Positions 12,356-25,140 of a DNA stretch of 64,000 nt are shown here, piece by piece (position 1 is the first letter of the stretch; each line of letters starts with the position of its first letter). A program made the translations under genes and the position numbers. The stretch is taken from contig CM120642.1 in the NCBI GenBank assembly GCA_051362555.1, positions 28,706,001 to 28,770,000 on the forward strand, read 5' to 3'. The DNA comes from Lingula anatina. Taxonomy: Eukaryota > Animalia > Brachiopoda. Under the pieces are notes generated by a model. The model had not been told where the DNA came from. It made no database searches and worked only from the letters and a program-made list of their open reading frames with translations.

Positions 12356-15328
12356 TTAACTAATCTAGCTGTTGAATTCTAAATTAGTTGTACTTTCTTT
12401 GACCTTCACTCACTTCAAAAAGATTGCTATTACAATAGTCAAAGTTTTAGGCAACAAAAGCATGGAATTATTTTGTGGTTAATGCTGTGTGATGTAAAAA
12501 ATTACGTACTTGCATGTTCTCCATAGTGAAATAATTCGGCTGAAATATGTTTACAAATATTTTTGATTTGTTTTTTTTTCCAAAATTCCCAGTTGATTAA
12601 AAAAATACCGAAATCTTTTCCACTGTCAGATGCCATCACAGACACGTTACTCATGCAAACATTTGTAGCACGCCCATGCTTTTAAACTTAGACAAAATCC
12701 GGATAGTTTCAGTTTTACTGTCATATGTAGCAACCTTTCTATATAACCTCCACAGAGGGATCTCATCAAGTAGTTTTTCAAGGGCTTTTTCAAGACATTA
12801 TAATCAGGCAGGTTTATCTCAGTTGACGTATATCTGAGTGTCATCATCAAAAAACTCTGTCTACAGATTGCGTTTAGGAAGACCCCATGTAGAGTAAAAA
12901 AAAAGTTGAAGATTTAGATCTGATAGCTGAGGAAAACCATGCTCAAGAATATCAGACAAAGATGAACGCCTTACATTTACTGGTGTTCATTATCACTCTA
13001 TTTTATTTATGATTATCTTTATCATAATTTTTAGAGAGAAAACTGTGATTTGGCACCAATACCAAGGATAGCATATGTTTTGTTAAACAAAGAAGTTTCT
13101 ACGGTTAATGTGTTTTAGTACTTATATTAGCTATTTAAAGGAAATTACTGATACTTTCTTCTGGGCTCTCTCTACGTAATGGGATCATGAACTTCGCAGC
13201 GTTTTCAATCTATTTTATCGTGTTAGCTTATGTAATCAGCGATTCCTATTAGTGAAAAAAATGGTTAATTTTGCCTTAAGTGCTCATGCTTCTGAACTAC
13301 AATGTGCAAAAGCTTGTAACTGGTGTTACTGCGCCGGCGTAACATTAGCATTTTCACAATGCAACAATGAGTTCCCTTTTGTGCTACAATTGTACGTAAC
13401 TGGATAAATTGTTAACACTTATTATCTTAGTTTTTTCATTATACCGATTATGGTCGAACACTCAATGTCCGGTATCACTTAAATGCTATCACAAAACTAA
13501 TACTACTCGTAATTCCAATCGATAAAGTGGCATTTCAAAAGGCATTTCGATGATTGTCTTATGAGATCCAATAAAAGTACATATTTATATAAAATAATTA
13601 ACACACTTCAACTGGACAAATTAGATCAAGAGAGTGTTTTAATGTAGAGCAAGGCTTTTGCACAGCACAGCAAAGCGGTTACAATGTTCACCAAATCAGA
13701 GAACTGTGACGATAGAGAGAAAAGGAACTTGGATCTACGACGTCACACTTGCTGTAAAACACAAACGCGAACGCGCGTACTTTTATACCTCGTAGACAGT
13801 GCCACCTCTGTCTTTGCACGTACACGACAAGAGCGCCATTTAAAGAAAGTGGACATATTGACCGTTTAACAAGGTTAAACAAGATCAAAGGCCAATTTAA
13901 AAGTAGGTTAGCGTTAATTTCTTATAACTATAGGTGATGTATCCTCTTTTCTCAACAGGAAAGTGGCTAATTCTTTAATTATAAAATGTTAGGCGCTATC
14001 TACTACTTTCAAAGAGGCACAGAAAGAAAAAGGATACACGTGATATGTCTGTGCTTGAGAGGTGACCTTTCACTTCCCCTGGGGAACACGTCACATCACT
14101 AATTTACAAAGTGACGGCTTACGAGCAAAAAAAGAAAAAAAATCCATCTCTTTTAAGGTTTTTTCCCTTTAAGGTTCTTTCCCATGAAATAGTTCATCGT
14201 CACTTTTGCTGCTTTGTAAACTGTAATGAGATACGTGATGATCAGTTCGAATTTCCAACGAACTCTATAACTAAGTAGGATGTTATCATGAAAATCAGCA
14301 TGGTCGAAAGCTAGGGTGTGACTTATTTTTCGGTGCAAGCGTTTAGTATTGATTTTGTTTCGAAGATATGGGCCCTTAATTGCGATGTTCCATTCAACAA
14401 AGGCATTGTTTTGCCTCTTTACTGATAAAATCATCAGTACACCTTTCAAAAAAATTCCTGGTACTGTGCTACTTATTGTTCTAATTAATCATGCCTTAAA
14501 ACGGTGCTGATAGCCGTTTAGGCGAGAGAGATTTGCTTGAAATAGAAGATCCTTGCCATAAAAACGCTGCTGTTGGGTCATCAGCTCGCATTAGCGGTGT
14601 CTTTTTGAGGCGACAGCATTATCACTTCACATTGCAAGGTTTATTTCCGCATTATCAAAGCGGGAGGGAATAATCCGAACAATGGCATCACGTTTTCCTT
14701 CAGGGATACCAGTTTGTTGCCATGCCAACGGGTATAAGTAGAGGTAAATGAAAACCAACACTCAAACGGCCACGTAATTAATCGTTTGGAGACTGGCTTC
14801 AAAGAAAGGATAAGTGCATTGCTCAGAAATATCAAATTGCATTCTGACTTTGTTAAGCAAATTGATGAATTGACTAATGATCATATCTTTCTTGTCAGCG
14901 TCTTCAGATCATAATCAATTTTGCATTCAAATGACTATTTTCATTAAAGGCACCAATGAAAATAGTTTTGCGAAAAAGGTTATCAAATTTAACAAACAAA
15001 CAAACGAAAAAAATTCATATGCATATTTTTTATTTTTTGATATTTTCTTGATGAATCCATTATAAGTGCTGTACAAAAATGTATAATTATGTTAATGATG
15101 TGACATGCGATGCAATCTCTACAATATTCTTAAAACCAGTTGACCTTAGCTATCTACACTCTTATGAAATATATGTGTAACCATGAATCAGCAGAAAACA
15201 CTTGCATTTCAGTATTTATAGAATGCATTAATAGAGAAAAGTACTTTTCACAATTGGCATGCACTTTTAACTGGACCCGTCTACTTTGAAAGATTTTTGA
15301 AAATCAAACAGGGTGACTATTACGTTAG

Positions 15329-15537
15329 GGACCGTTCACATGCAAAATCTATTTTCTAAAAATCTATTTTCTATTCGCGGTATCTTGTGATCACGGTATG
15401 TGCCCTGAATACTCCGCGGCGTAATTACTGGCAGCAGGAGCCAGTTACTTCCAAAGCTGTAATTAACTCTCGGCTGCGCTCGGAGTGAACACAAGATACC
15501 GCGAATGGAAAATAGATTTTTCATGTGAAGGGAGTCC
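15329..15537. mobile_element. Harbinger-like MITE with long TIRs, TAG TSD
   Basis: TTCACATGCAAAATCTATTTTC...ATTCGCGGTATCTTGTG / CACAAGATACCGCGAATGGAAAATAGATTTTTCATGTGAA; TAG on both flanks. Confidence 0.8.
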
Positions 15538-17382
15538 TAGAGAGTACCCTAAACATGTCCCACCCTTGCCACGCCAATTCACTTAAAACAACAGCAGAAG
15601 GCAAACTTATGGAGAAGTTGTGAGCGGGAGTAGAAACCCTGTGATATAATTACATGAAAGGACCTGTAAAAGCGGGCTGGTCCAGTTAATGTACCGCTTG
15701 ATGTGAAAAGGCCCCAAGTTATAAAATTACATCTCTTCTGTACTTTACTTGTACTATGCAAGGCTACAGACTACTGAAGCTCTTTATGTAAACTGTGTGC
15801 TCCCAGGATTTAACCCAGCAGTTGATGGGTTACTCTACATACAAAGTACTTAAAGGTGGACACAACAAACTGGAGAGTTAAGAAGCACATGCTTTGAAAT
15901 GTCATATGAAATTTATCAGAAAAATGGCTATATATTATCTCTGTGCTTTACTCACAGATAACAATATATCAAAATAGCTATCAGTAATCAATTGATCACA
16001 ATGCTGTCAATGCATCTTCTTGTGAAAATATCGGTAACATTTTAGACAATTCACTAAGATTTGAACAAACTGGTCCTTGTACAATACTTCTATGAGAAAA
16101 TGGACAATTATTGCAAGTGTAAAGTAGTACTTCCATCACTAGAATACAAATGTTGCATACATATATTGGCAGGAATTTTCTGGGCAACATGTAAACTAGA
16201 AACAGCATTTTTAATGTACTTGTGTTAAATGTTTTCAGTGGCGAATCATCCAGCAAGGATTTTGACTAGAATTGCATCTCGATAATGAACTACTACTGAT
16301 TGTTCATTTCTGACTTGTAATCGCCAGTTCCACCGAATACATTCCCATTAGAAAAATAAATGGTCATCCCAAGAACATTTTATCTTAAAATTAAGGTGGT
16401 TTATAGAATTTCCTCACATTTGTCTGCTGAGCTCTGGGGTCTGTATAGTTGTGAACTTTTTTTTAGTAGTTAATGATATACAATTACTGGGAACAGTATA
16501 GAAATACAGTTAAATATCTAACATGTGTATAATAATAAATATAGATGTGATTTTGATAAATACATTTCTATATGTCTATCTACATCAGTTTACATTTGTA
16601 CAATGGTTAAAAGATAAAAGATACACTTCATGTAAATGAACTGTTTTTTTTTCTGGGAATAGAACCTATCTTTTCTTATAAGTTCCTTTCCTTCATAATG
16701 CTTCTTTAATTAAGCAGATTTGCTAACTGATCATGCAAATAAAACTGGACAGAATTAAATGCAAAGACTTACATACAAAATATCCTATCTATTGGTCCTC
16801 TTCATCCTTAACTTTCGCTCAAGATCTCTTTTACTTATTACACAATTTAACAATATCTTCGTTTGGAGGACTGAAAAATCACAGCACTTCCTCCGCAACC
16901 CAAAACTGAATTACTTTCATAAAACACTGTTTTCTCCTAATATCAGAAACGTGAGAGACTAAATGCCTACAATGATATTGCAAAATCTTAAATACAAGTG
17001 AAGACCTTGCATATTAGCATAATGTGGATGATTTTCTTACATAAACACATAAAATGTATACTGCTAATAAAACAATACCTTGAAAATTAACTACAAATTA
17101 TGCTAATTTCTGATATTCTTTTAAATCTTCCAGATAGATTAGTTTGATAGGTAAATTCACACACCATCTTTAAAGTACATGAAAAAAGACACTGTTTTGA
17201 ATACATCCCTGAACGTAAGACCCTAATTTCCTTCTTTTATAAAAAAAGACAAATATGTCACTTTAGGCACTAAATAATTTGGACCATAACCTTTAAAAAG
17301 CCTCTATGAACAGCAGTAGTGGCAAACTTGCTTCGTAAATAAGATTAAAATTCAATGGAAACAATGTTTTCTGTGGTCACTT

Positions 17383-17594
17383 CACCACGTAAGCCAAGCC
17401 ATTCTGGTGGACATGTCACCATGTAAGCCAAGCCATTCTGGTGGATGTGTCACCATGTAAGCCAAGCCATTCTGGTGGACATGTCACCATGTAAGCCAAG
17501 CCATTCTGGTGGATGTGTCACCATGTAAGCCAAGCCATTCTGGTGGATGTGTCACCATGTAAGCCAAGCCATTCTGGTGGACGTGTCACCATGT
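17383..17594. repeat. 34-bp minisatellite, 6 copies plus partial
   Basis: CACCATGTAAGCCAAGCCATTCTGGTGGA(C/T)(A/G)TGT repeats. Confidence 0.95.
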
Positions 17595-18481
17595 GTGCCA
17601 CTCAATTTTTGGTGCAAGTTCTCTGTGTGAATGGCAATACTCTCAATTCCAGTCACTCTAACTAACAACCCTTAAGTGAACTCTGTTCCCAAATCTATTC
17701 TACTTGCATTTCACTGAGAATAAAAATAAATCATTATTTTCTCATTCAAGGCAATGGATATCTTACCCCAATACAAAAACTTGAAAAAATAAATATTCCA
17801 TTTGAGACGTCTTACACCCCTGATTTCTGTTTTAATGGACACATCTTGTGCATTCAATAACATGGATGGAGCAACCCACTGAATATCTTAGGGGTGACAG
17901 GTTGGAGGGAAAACCAGGCATAGCATCACAACCTTCCATGTTATCTGAGATCTGTTTGGACATTTTGATATGACTTGTCACATTTGATGTCACTAAGTTA
18001 TTTAATGTTGATATTCCAAGGCATTTTATCACATTTCTTTAATAAAAACAGTTTCTCACTTTCTTGGCTATAATATATCATATCAGCCACAATCTATCAT
18101 TACCTATATTTTCTTATTAAAATGCCTTATTCTTATTTATTTTGTCCCCAAAGATACCAAGACTATATTTCCCTGTATAAGAAACATGATAGGCCTAACA
18201 TGCAAACTTGATGTGAAGATATTTTATGATTTTGGCTTTCTGTAGGTTCTCATTACAGTAAAAAAAACCTTTGGGGAAATTATTTTCTTAATACAATTTC
18301 ACTGCTTCAGACAGCTGCATTTATCGTGCTTGGTAAAGGCACTTTAACCATTGTCCATTTTTTTCAAAATGTTTCTGGTTTTCCCTTAAATAGATGTCAT
18401 TTTCGGAAAAAATCTATCTCTTCATACCACACACTGCTTTTTTTGTGGTATGTTAACCTTTATCACACAGCTGGAGAAAGT

Positions 18482-18621
18482 TTAAATCAACCTTTCCTCT
18501 GGAGGGGGTTTCAGCACATTGCCAAGTTCAACACGAGATCCTTGCATTTCCTGGCGACTGGGGCTGTACGTGCCTCGCGTGGCTCTCTTGCTGCGGGCCA
18601 TCACCAAGAAGATTATTACAG
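18482..18621 (-). CDS. crb: crumbs last coding exon: end of TM and cytoplasmic tail
   Basis: ttcttgtag acceptor, phase 1; encodes [46 protein letters not shown], then TAA. Confidence 0.96.
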
Positions 18622-18795
18622 CTACAAGAAAAAAAAAAAAGAAAGCCCTTCTTATGAAATAATATAACAAGGGAAACATATATCAAAGAAATAAAGCCAA
18701 ACAATTCTTTTTCCTGCATGTGTGCACTAAAGTTTTGATCATTATATAACAGGTGTTTGTATATTACAGTGTGTTTGGTGTAACAGAGTGTAAAA

Positions 18796-19251
18796 TTGTA
18801 CATGGGGCAGTGTGTTAGGTGTAACTGTATAAAGTGGTACATATGGCAGTGTGTTAGGTGTAACTGTATAAAGTGGTACATATGGCAGTGTGTTAGGTGT
18901 AACTGTATAAAGTGGTACATATGGCAGTGTGTTAGGTGTAACTGTATAAAGTGGTACATATGGCAGTGTGTTAGGTGTAACTGTATTAAGTGGTACATAT
19001 GGCAGTGTGTTAGGTGTAACTGTATTAAGTGGTACATATGGCAGTGTGTTAGGTGTAACTGTATTAAGTGGTACATATGGCAGTGTGTTAGGTGTAACTG
19101 TATAAAGTGGTACATATGGCAGTGTGTTAGGTGTAACTGTATTAAGTGGTACATATGGCAGTGTGTTAGGTGTAACTGTATTAAGTGGTACATATGGCAG
19201 TGTGTTAGGTGTAACTGTATTAAGTGGTACACATGGCAGTGTGTTAGGTGT
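18796..19251. repeat. 39-bp minisatellite, ~11.5 copies, in the last crumbs intron
   Basis: GGCAGTGTGTTAGGTGTAACTGTAT(A/T)AAGTGGTACATAT repeats. Confidence 0.95.
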
Positions 19252-19318
19252 GGTAGTGTGTTAGATATTACATTGAATTAGCTGTAGTAAGTAAGACAAT
19301 ATATGAAGTATAACTTAC

Positions 19319-19394
19319 CAATGACAATCAACAGGACCACACCCCCCACCACAGGGCCAATGATGACAGCCAGGGGGGTATCCTGGGTCGATCT
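19319..19394 (-). CDS. crb: crumbs exon: juxtamembrane and TM
   Basis: tttcag acceptor; RSTQDTPLAVIIGPVVGGVVLLIVI; G|gtaagt donor. Confidence 0.92.
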
Positions 19395-19696
19395 CTGAAA
19401 CACAGGGAAAAAATAGGCCACTTAAGACAGGTTATGAATATATTGATTCTTTTAAACTGAATGTGAAACTATAGTGTAACTGCTATAGAGAATTAATCTC
19501 TACATCTTTAAATAAGCATTGATCTTATTGATAAATTAAGTCATAAAACTGATATATAAGGGACAAGAAAGGCTTTGTTGAAACTGAAAAAACAGACATA
19601 GAATGAAACATAAATACAAAACTGACTATTGATGTTATTAATAATAAAGTAAGCTAAAACAGTTCTTAATAGTGTTCAATACTTCATCTTCCTTAC

Positions 19697-19842
19697 CATG
19701 GTCTCACACCTGACTCCAGCGTAACCGTCAAGACAGGTGCATTCGGCGCTGTACATGCCCTCCTGTTCTCTGTAGGCCAGACACGACCCACCATTAGAAC
19801 ACACGCCTGGCTTACACGGGTCTTCGTACTCACAGTTAGGAC
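19697..19842 (-). CDS. crb: crumbs exon: last EGF repeat
   Basis: GPNCEYEDPCKPGVCSNGGSC...GYAGVRCETM, gtaagg donor; phases 1/0. Confidence 0.92.
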
Positions 19843-20235
19843 CTGCAGCAAAGAACACAGCTTTAGATTGGCTTGCGTGTGAGAGGTCACTTACGCAATA
19901 TTTAATAGGTATATCATGTTATTTAAGTCGGTCTAGATCAAGGAGACGTAAAAATTAAAATTGTGTAATAAAATGTTCTGAAATCTTTAATTACCATGAG
20001 CTTAAGTACACAAGGGATGTCATTTCTCAACCCCACCCTTGATCTTAGATATGCAGGGTATCACAGCCTGAAATTTACAGTCGTTTCATTCACATTGAAA
20101 CTATCATACGTAAATAGATCCAACTCTGCTCGAATACAATCAAATTAACAGACTGACATGTATAATTACAGACATTTCTGTATTCTACTCAGTGCCAAGA
20201 GGAGACATGTTAATATGTTAATCTGACTGCATTCA

Positions 20236-20445
20236 GCCCCCATTCCCACAGATTTTAGATCGATCTATCCCTGTGGGGAGTCTCACTAGATTACTGTCAG
20301 CTTAGCAGGCTTAAGCGTCTGTCCCGCCTACTAAAAGCTGTAAGGGGGTAATTAACTGTCATGCGAGCTCGGCTGACTGCAATTTAGCGTGAACCCTCAG
20401 GGAGATCGATCCGGATGGATCGTTCAAAATCTCTGGGAATGCACT
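20236..20445. mobile_element. MITE family B, copy 2 (inverted)
   Basis: Reverse complement of the 9584 copy (TGTCCCGCCTACTAAAAGCTGTAAGGGGGTAATTAAC core). Confidence 0.85.
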
Positions 20446-20514
20446 CTAAGATCGATCTATGTAGATCAATAATTTCACTGGGATAGAGCCCACAGACATT
20501 CCCCTTTAACTTAC

Positions 20515-20637
20515 CCAGGAACTGAGCAGTGCAGGTGCAGTTGTAGGAGCCAAGCAAATTGTTGCAGGTCGCACCATTTTGACAAGGTGTCTTCAGACAT
20601 TCATTTATGTCTTCACTGCAGTTGACACCCTCCCAAC
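20515..20637 (-). CDS. crb: crumbs exon: calcium-binding EGF
   Basis: [41 protein letters not shown]; phases 1/1. Confidence 0.92.
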
Positions 20638-20947
20638 CTAAAAACAAACAATAACTATCAAGATTTTCCTTTTCTTTGTGACTTGAAATAACACTTTATG
20701 AACATAAAATACAATCAGTTTGCTTAAAAAAAATTTAAGTGTTCTTTTTTTTTTGAAAAAAAAAATCTTTTCAAAAACTGTTACAAATATAATACTTTAT
20801 TCCAGTCATTCATTCTGAGCTACTGGCTGTTAAATACCAAATGGTGGTTTATTTCTAATAAATGAAGTATTCAGACATCTTATAAGATATATATTTATAT
20901 AAATAAATTCAAGACAGGCTGGTGACCATGGCGCCACCTATCCTTAC

Positions 20948-21172
20948 CGTCCTCACACTGACAGGAATACTCGTTAACAAGATCGCTACAGTTGCCATGC
21001 ACACAGGGGTCGCCAGCACAGTCGTCAATGTTAGTCTCGCAGTTTGTGCCAGTAAAGCCTAGAATGCAAGCGCACGCGTAGCCACCCTGCGAATTTGTGC
21101 AGGAGGCGTTGTTTTGGCAGCGACCAATGGCACACTCATCTATGTCGTCTGCACAAGTATCGCCTTCCCAAC
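20948..21172 (-). CDS. crb: crumbs exon: two EGF repeats
   Basis: GWEGDTCADDIDECAIGRCQNNASC...NIDDCAGDPCVHGNCSDLVNEYSCQCED; phases 1/1 (not in ORF track). Confidence 0.92.
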
Positions 21173-21892
21173 CTGGAAGTTGAAGTCATGCTCTTCTGTT
21201 AGTGCGTCATGCACTGTCATGCTCAGTCAAGTTAAGATTAATATGAGACATGATTGCAAGATCCCCATTTGTATTACATCTTAACTGTTTCAAAGATTTA
21301 AGCTATACATAATCATTTGCCAATAAAGAAATCTGATCATACGCTTTGCATTCAGCAAAAGAACTTATCAGAATTTCAAGCTTCATTGTTATTTGTACAG
21401 TTGTATTACTCAACAGCAGGAAGTGAAATATAAGCAAAATCTGTCTTTCACACCAAAATCGCATTATCATGAAGAGCCTCAATTCAAAATAAAATGTAGA
21501 TGGAGCCACTTCCCAGCCAAATTCAACTGGAGGTGGAGCCACAGCTGTGACAAACAGTTATCAGGAACAATAGACTTCAGTGTTAACAAGGTATACATGA
21601 GGCAACACATGGTTTCAACATGTGTCAGGGATTGGTTATGAATAAGCTCAATTATTAAGCAACCATGCTAGTTTATCACATTTTAACTAACAAAGCAAAA
21701 GTACTTTTATTTAAAGTTTTTGTTCTTTGAAAAAATTAGGAAATTTGAGGAAGAAGCAAAAATAAACAAATAAATAAATAATTAAGTCAGCTAAGCCTCA
21801 GAATTTATGCTGGGGTATCACAATACAGAAAGTACAAATGAAATGTCTTCAAGATTATCCGTCATTCGATCCTACCCTAGCCCTTTGCCTAC

Positions 21893-21997
21893 CTGGACCA
21901 CAAATACACTGGTATCTTGCTGGGTCATCATCACTACATGTGGCTGCATTCTGACAAGGGTTGTCTGCACAGGGATGCTTTACATCACACTGTGGAC
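21893..21997 (-). CDS. crb: crumbs exon: EGF
   Basis: GPQCDVKHPCADNPCQNAATCSDDDPARYQCICGP, G|gtaggc donor; phases 1/1. Confidence 0.88.
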
Positions 21998-22356
21998 CTG
22001 AATATGTGGTACAGAACATGAGAATCAGATATGTACAGATAGTTCCTACACGATGAAAAAACAAAACTTACTAACAACAGTATACCTCTGTTGTCAAAAC
22101 TGGTATTTTTACTTAGGCCTGTGAAAAAGGCCTCAACAATGAAGTTAATAAAACTGTCTCTAATCTTTGTCCATTAAAATAATCCTCCATTTTATCTTTT
22201 ATCTTCAAATCAGGTACACCACTAGGCTTTAGGTCTTAGTTCATATCCATTTTGCAATTAATCTTTATTTCTCTTAAGGTTATAATTCAGTTATAATTAC
22301 AAATGACTCATTCTATATACGACTGGGCACTTGTAGAGATATTTCCAAGACTTGAA

Positions 22357-22536
22357 GCGCATTCAGAACAGAGACTAACACATCCGCAGGTCAAATATGG
22401 CTGACCCACTTAAAGGCTTGCTGTGAAATCCCCTTGGGAAATCCATTAAGTGTCTTATCAGGAACTAAGCGAAAAACTTTTAAATGGGTCGCCATACTTG
22501 ATCCGTGGTTCTGTTAGTCCGCTGTTCTGAATGTGC
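22357..22536. mobile_element. MITE family D, copy 1
   Basis: CATTCAGAACAGAGACTAAC..GGTCAAATATGGC / GCCATACTTGA..GTTAGTCCGCTGTTCTGAATG. Confidence 0.8.
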
Positions 22537-22551
22537 TCTCGGTGCACTTAC

Positions 22552-22800
22552 CAGCATAAAACTCAGGACAAACACATAGCCACTGCTGGGCCTGAGTGGT
22601 CGAGTTATCGAACACTTCACACGTAGCGCCATTTTGGCACTGGCTGAACGAGCAGTTTGCAATCTCGCAATCCTTCCCAGAATACCCCAGCAAGGTGGAA
22701 CAGTTGCATAAATAGCTGCCGACCAGGTTGTAGCAAATGGCGCCATTTTTACAAGGCCGTTCTGTTTCACATTCATTGACATCTTCAGAGCAATTTTTAC
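22552..22800 (-). CDS. crb: crumbs exon: two EGF repeats
   Basis: GKNCSEDVNECETERPCKNGAIC...IANCSFSQCQNGATC...WLCVCPEFYA; phases 1/1. Confidence 0.92.
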
Positions 22801-23149
22801 CTGTAAAAATATGTTCCTAGACATCATTTCAAAACTTCTAATTAACAAAATTGTCTTAAAATAACAGCACTATAAAACTTTTCAAACAAGTGTGTTTAAC
22901 TACAAGTAAATTATTCGTGTAGCATATGTAATTAGTTCCATAAAGGATTTTTTTACTGTTTCAGCATGACCCCAGGCGATTATGACAAGATGTGTCAGTC
23001 TATGAATAATACAGCTGTCAAAAGAATGAAAATGAAGCTGCTGGAGCACTAGTCAATAAAAATGTACCAAGTGCATATGTTACAGTATTAAAAAGACATA
23101 TGCATATGACATATGCACACACAGGCTTACAGAATGCATGTTCTTGCAC

Positions 23150-23152
<3 letters not shown>

Positions 23153-23213
<61 letters not shown>
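23153..23213. repeat. (GA)n microsatellite
   Basis: ~30 perfect GA units. Confidence 0.95.
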
Positions 23214-23215
<2 letters not shown>

Positions 23216-23217
23216 AC

Positions 23218-23343
23218 CTTGATATCCTTTGTCACAGCTACAAGTATAACTTCCTGCTGGAGCATTGGTACAGGTGCCGTGGACACAGGGGTTTATCTCC
23301 GTACACTCGTCTATGTCCCTAGAACAGTTCCACTCTGCCCAGC
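23218..23343 (-). CDS. crb: crumbs exon: calcium-binding EGF
   Basis: GWAEWNCSRDIDECTEINPCVHGTCTNAPAGSYTCSCDKGYQ, G|gtagct donor; phases 1/1. Confidence 0.9.
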
Positions 23344-23387
23344 CTGAGGAATAAAATGGATGGATCAGTAACTGGTTTAAAATCCTG

Positions 23388-23647
23388 GGCCCAGTTTTAT
23401 AAAGGACATTTAGCACTAACCATTGTTTAACTCTAACCAGACCTAAATAGTCTGTTAGTTAACTGACCTTTAAATAATCATTTAATCCAGTTAAACACTG
23501 GCCATTAACTAATTGGCTGTTTTCCGTCAGAACACTGTATATGTAACACAATTTAACCATCTTTTACTTAATAGGTGCTAGGAGAATTTATCAACTGGTT
23601 AGGCTTATCCACTGGTTAGTGCCAAACGTCCTTTATAAAACTGAGCC
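23388..23647. mobile_element. Harbinger-like MITE, CTG TSD
   Basis: GGCCCAGTTTTATAAAGGACATTTAGCACTAACC / GGTTAGTGCCAAACGTCCTTTATAAAACTGAGCC; CTG on both flanks. Confidence 0.85.
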
Positions 23648-24242
23648 CTGCTGTTTTCAACAAATTTAATAGAATGAAAAGCAGGGAAACTATTCACGTA
23701 TCATGCACTCAGTAATTTCAGTTTTTACTCCAAATATGTAAAGCATTTAATGTCAAACCTTTTTGTTAAATTCTCAAGTTAAGAACAGTGTTGTTAAGTA
23801 GGGCTGTTTACACAAACACGACAACAGCAGGGTGTGAAACCTTGTCAATACAACCTTATCCATTTCAGTAATGCAACAGTTTTGTCTCACTTCATTAAGC
23901 AAGTGGTACTCCTCACAGAAAAGACATTAGAAGATTACATTCCTAAGCAGAAGCCAACAAATGCTTTTGCGGGTAATAAAAAAAAATCTCATCTCTAGTA
24001 TTGGGTGTTTAGAAAAGATGCGGACAGCAGCAACTCCTCTCCATATTCTTCTATAGTGGAAACCACAAGTTGAAAACTACTAAGGTTGCCAAGAAAGGTA
24101 TCTTTGTATAATTATAGTTAAAGAACAGATAGAAATGGTTAGATTAAGATACAGTACAGGAATGTGGTTTTTCTGTTTTTTTTCCTGATTTCAGATTTTT
24201 AAACTTCATTCTGACATACTTTGGAACATTTTCCCTACTTAC

Positions 24243-24356
24243 CTGGATTACAATTACAAGTGTATGTGTCTAGTCCATCCACACACTGACCATGTCCACT
24301 GCAGGCGTTAGCTGGACAGTCGTCCCTGTTCACTGTACAGTTCCTACCTGAGTAGC
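24243..24356 (-). CDS. crb: crumbs exon: EGF
   Basis: GYSGRNCTVNRDDCPANACSGHGQCVDGLDTYTCNCNP; phases 1/1. Confidence 0.92.
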
Positions 24357-24992
24357 CTGGAGAAAGAGAGAGTGAGATATGAAGTGTAATGTGCTGATCA
24401 ACTTATCCCTTGGCAGCAGACAACAGAGAACAGAGAGAAATTAACACATAGATACTTGATTTATCTATCTCTGTGCCTGTGTGTCCTTTCCAAAGAATGA
24501 TTTGGGGAAAAAAAAACAGGGATTAAGACAGAGAAAGAGAGAGAGCAAACAGTTGTGTTCAACAGGCAATGACCATTCAAAATCTCATCTTTGACAGTAC
24601 CACTTCACCATAATAGGCAGAATGACATTTTCTAGTTTTAAGTGCCAGAATTTTCAGGTAATAAGTCACACCTGTGATTTAACTACTCTGTCACAGAAGG
24701 TCTGTTCTGCCAACAACTGAGATAATTCAAAATTAAAGACTTTGAGGAGCAGACAAACTCAAACCAATACATATACGTAATAGTGACTGAGCAGTTTTCT
24801 TTACACCTTTACTTTGCATTTCAAATTAAGAATTTTCATATTTCTGTAAAAGTATCATACCAAAATAATTACAATGTTCTCCATGTTAAAAAGATTCTAT
24901 GAAAACAGTGAGGTAAATATCACGATATTGGCTCAGAAGGAGTTGTAAGCACAACTATAAACAAAAGATAAGTGTTTTTGCGAGGTCCTTAC

Positions 24993-25140
24993 CTTTAGAG
25001 CAGTTACACTGGTAGGTAAATAGTGTGTAATCGTTTATACAGGCCCCTCCATTCTGACAGGGCACGTCCTCGCAGTAGTCGATCATCTTCTCGCACAGTT
25101 GGCCCTCAAAAGGTCGAACACAGCTGCACTTAAATAGAGG
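24993..25140 (-). CDS. crb: crumbs exon: EGF
   Basis: PLFKCSCVRPFEGQLCEKMIDYCEDVPCQNGGACINDYTLFTYQCNCSK; phases 0/1. Confidence 0.92.

Noticed and set aside
2400-15300. Short 60-100-aa ORFs in the intergenic region
   Set aside because: No recognisable domains or consistent exon chain; the number is as expected by chance with alternative start codons
18528-19281. His-rich 234-aa and Cys/Trp-rich 161-aa repeat ORFs
   Set aside because: Both are translations of a 39-bp minisatellite that is open on both strands inside a well-defined crumbs intron; units are near-identical at the DNA level
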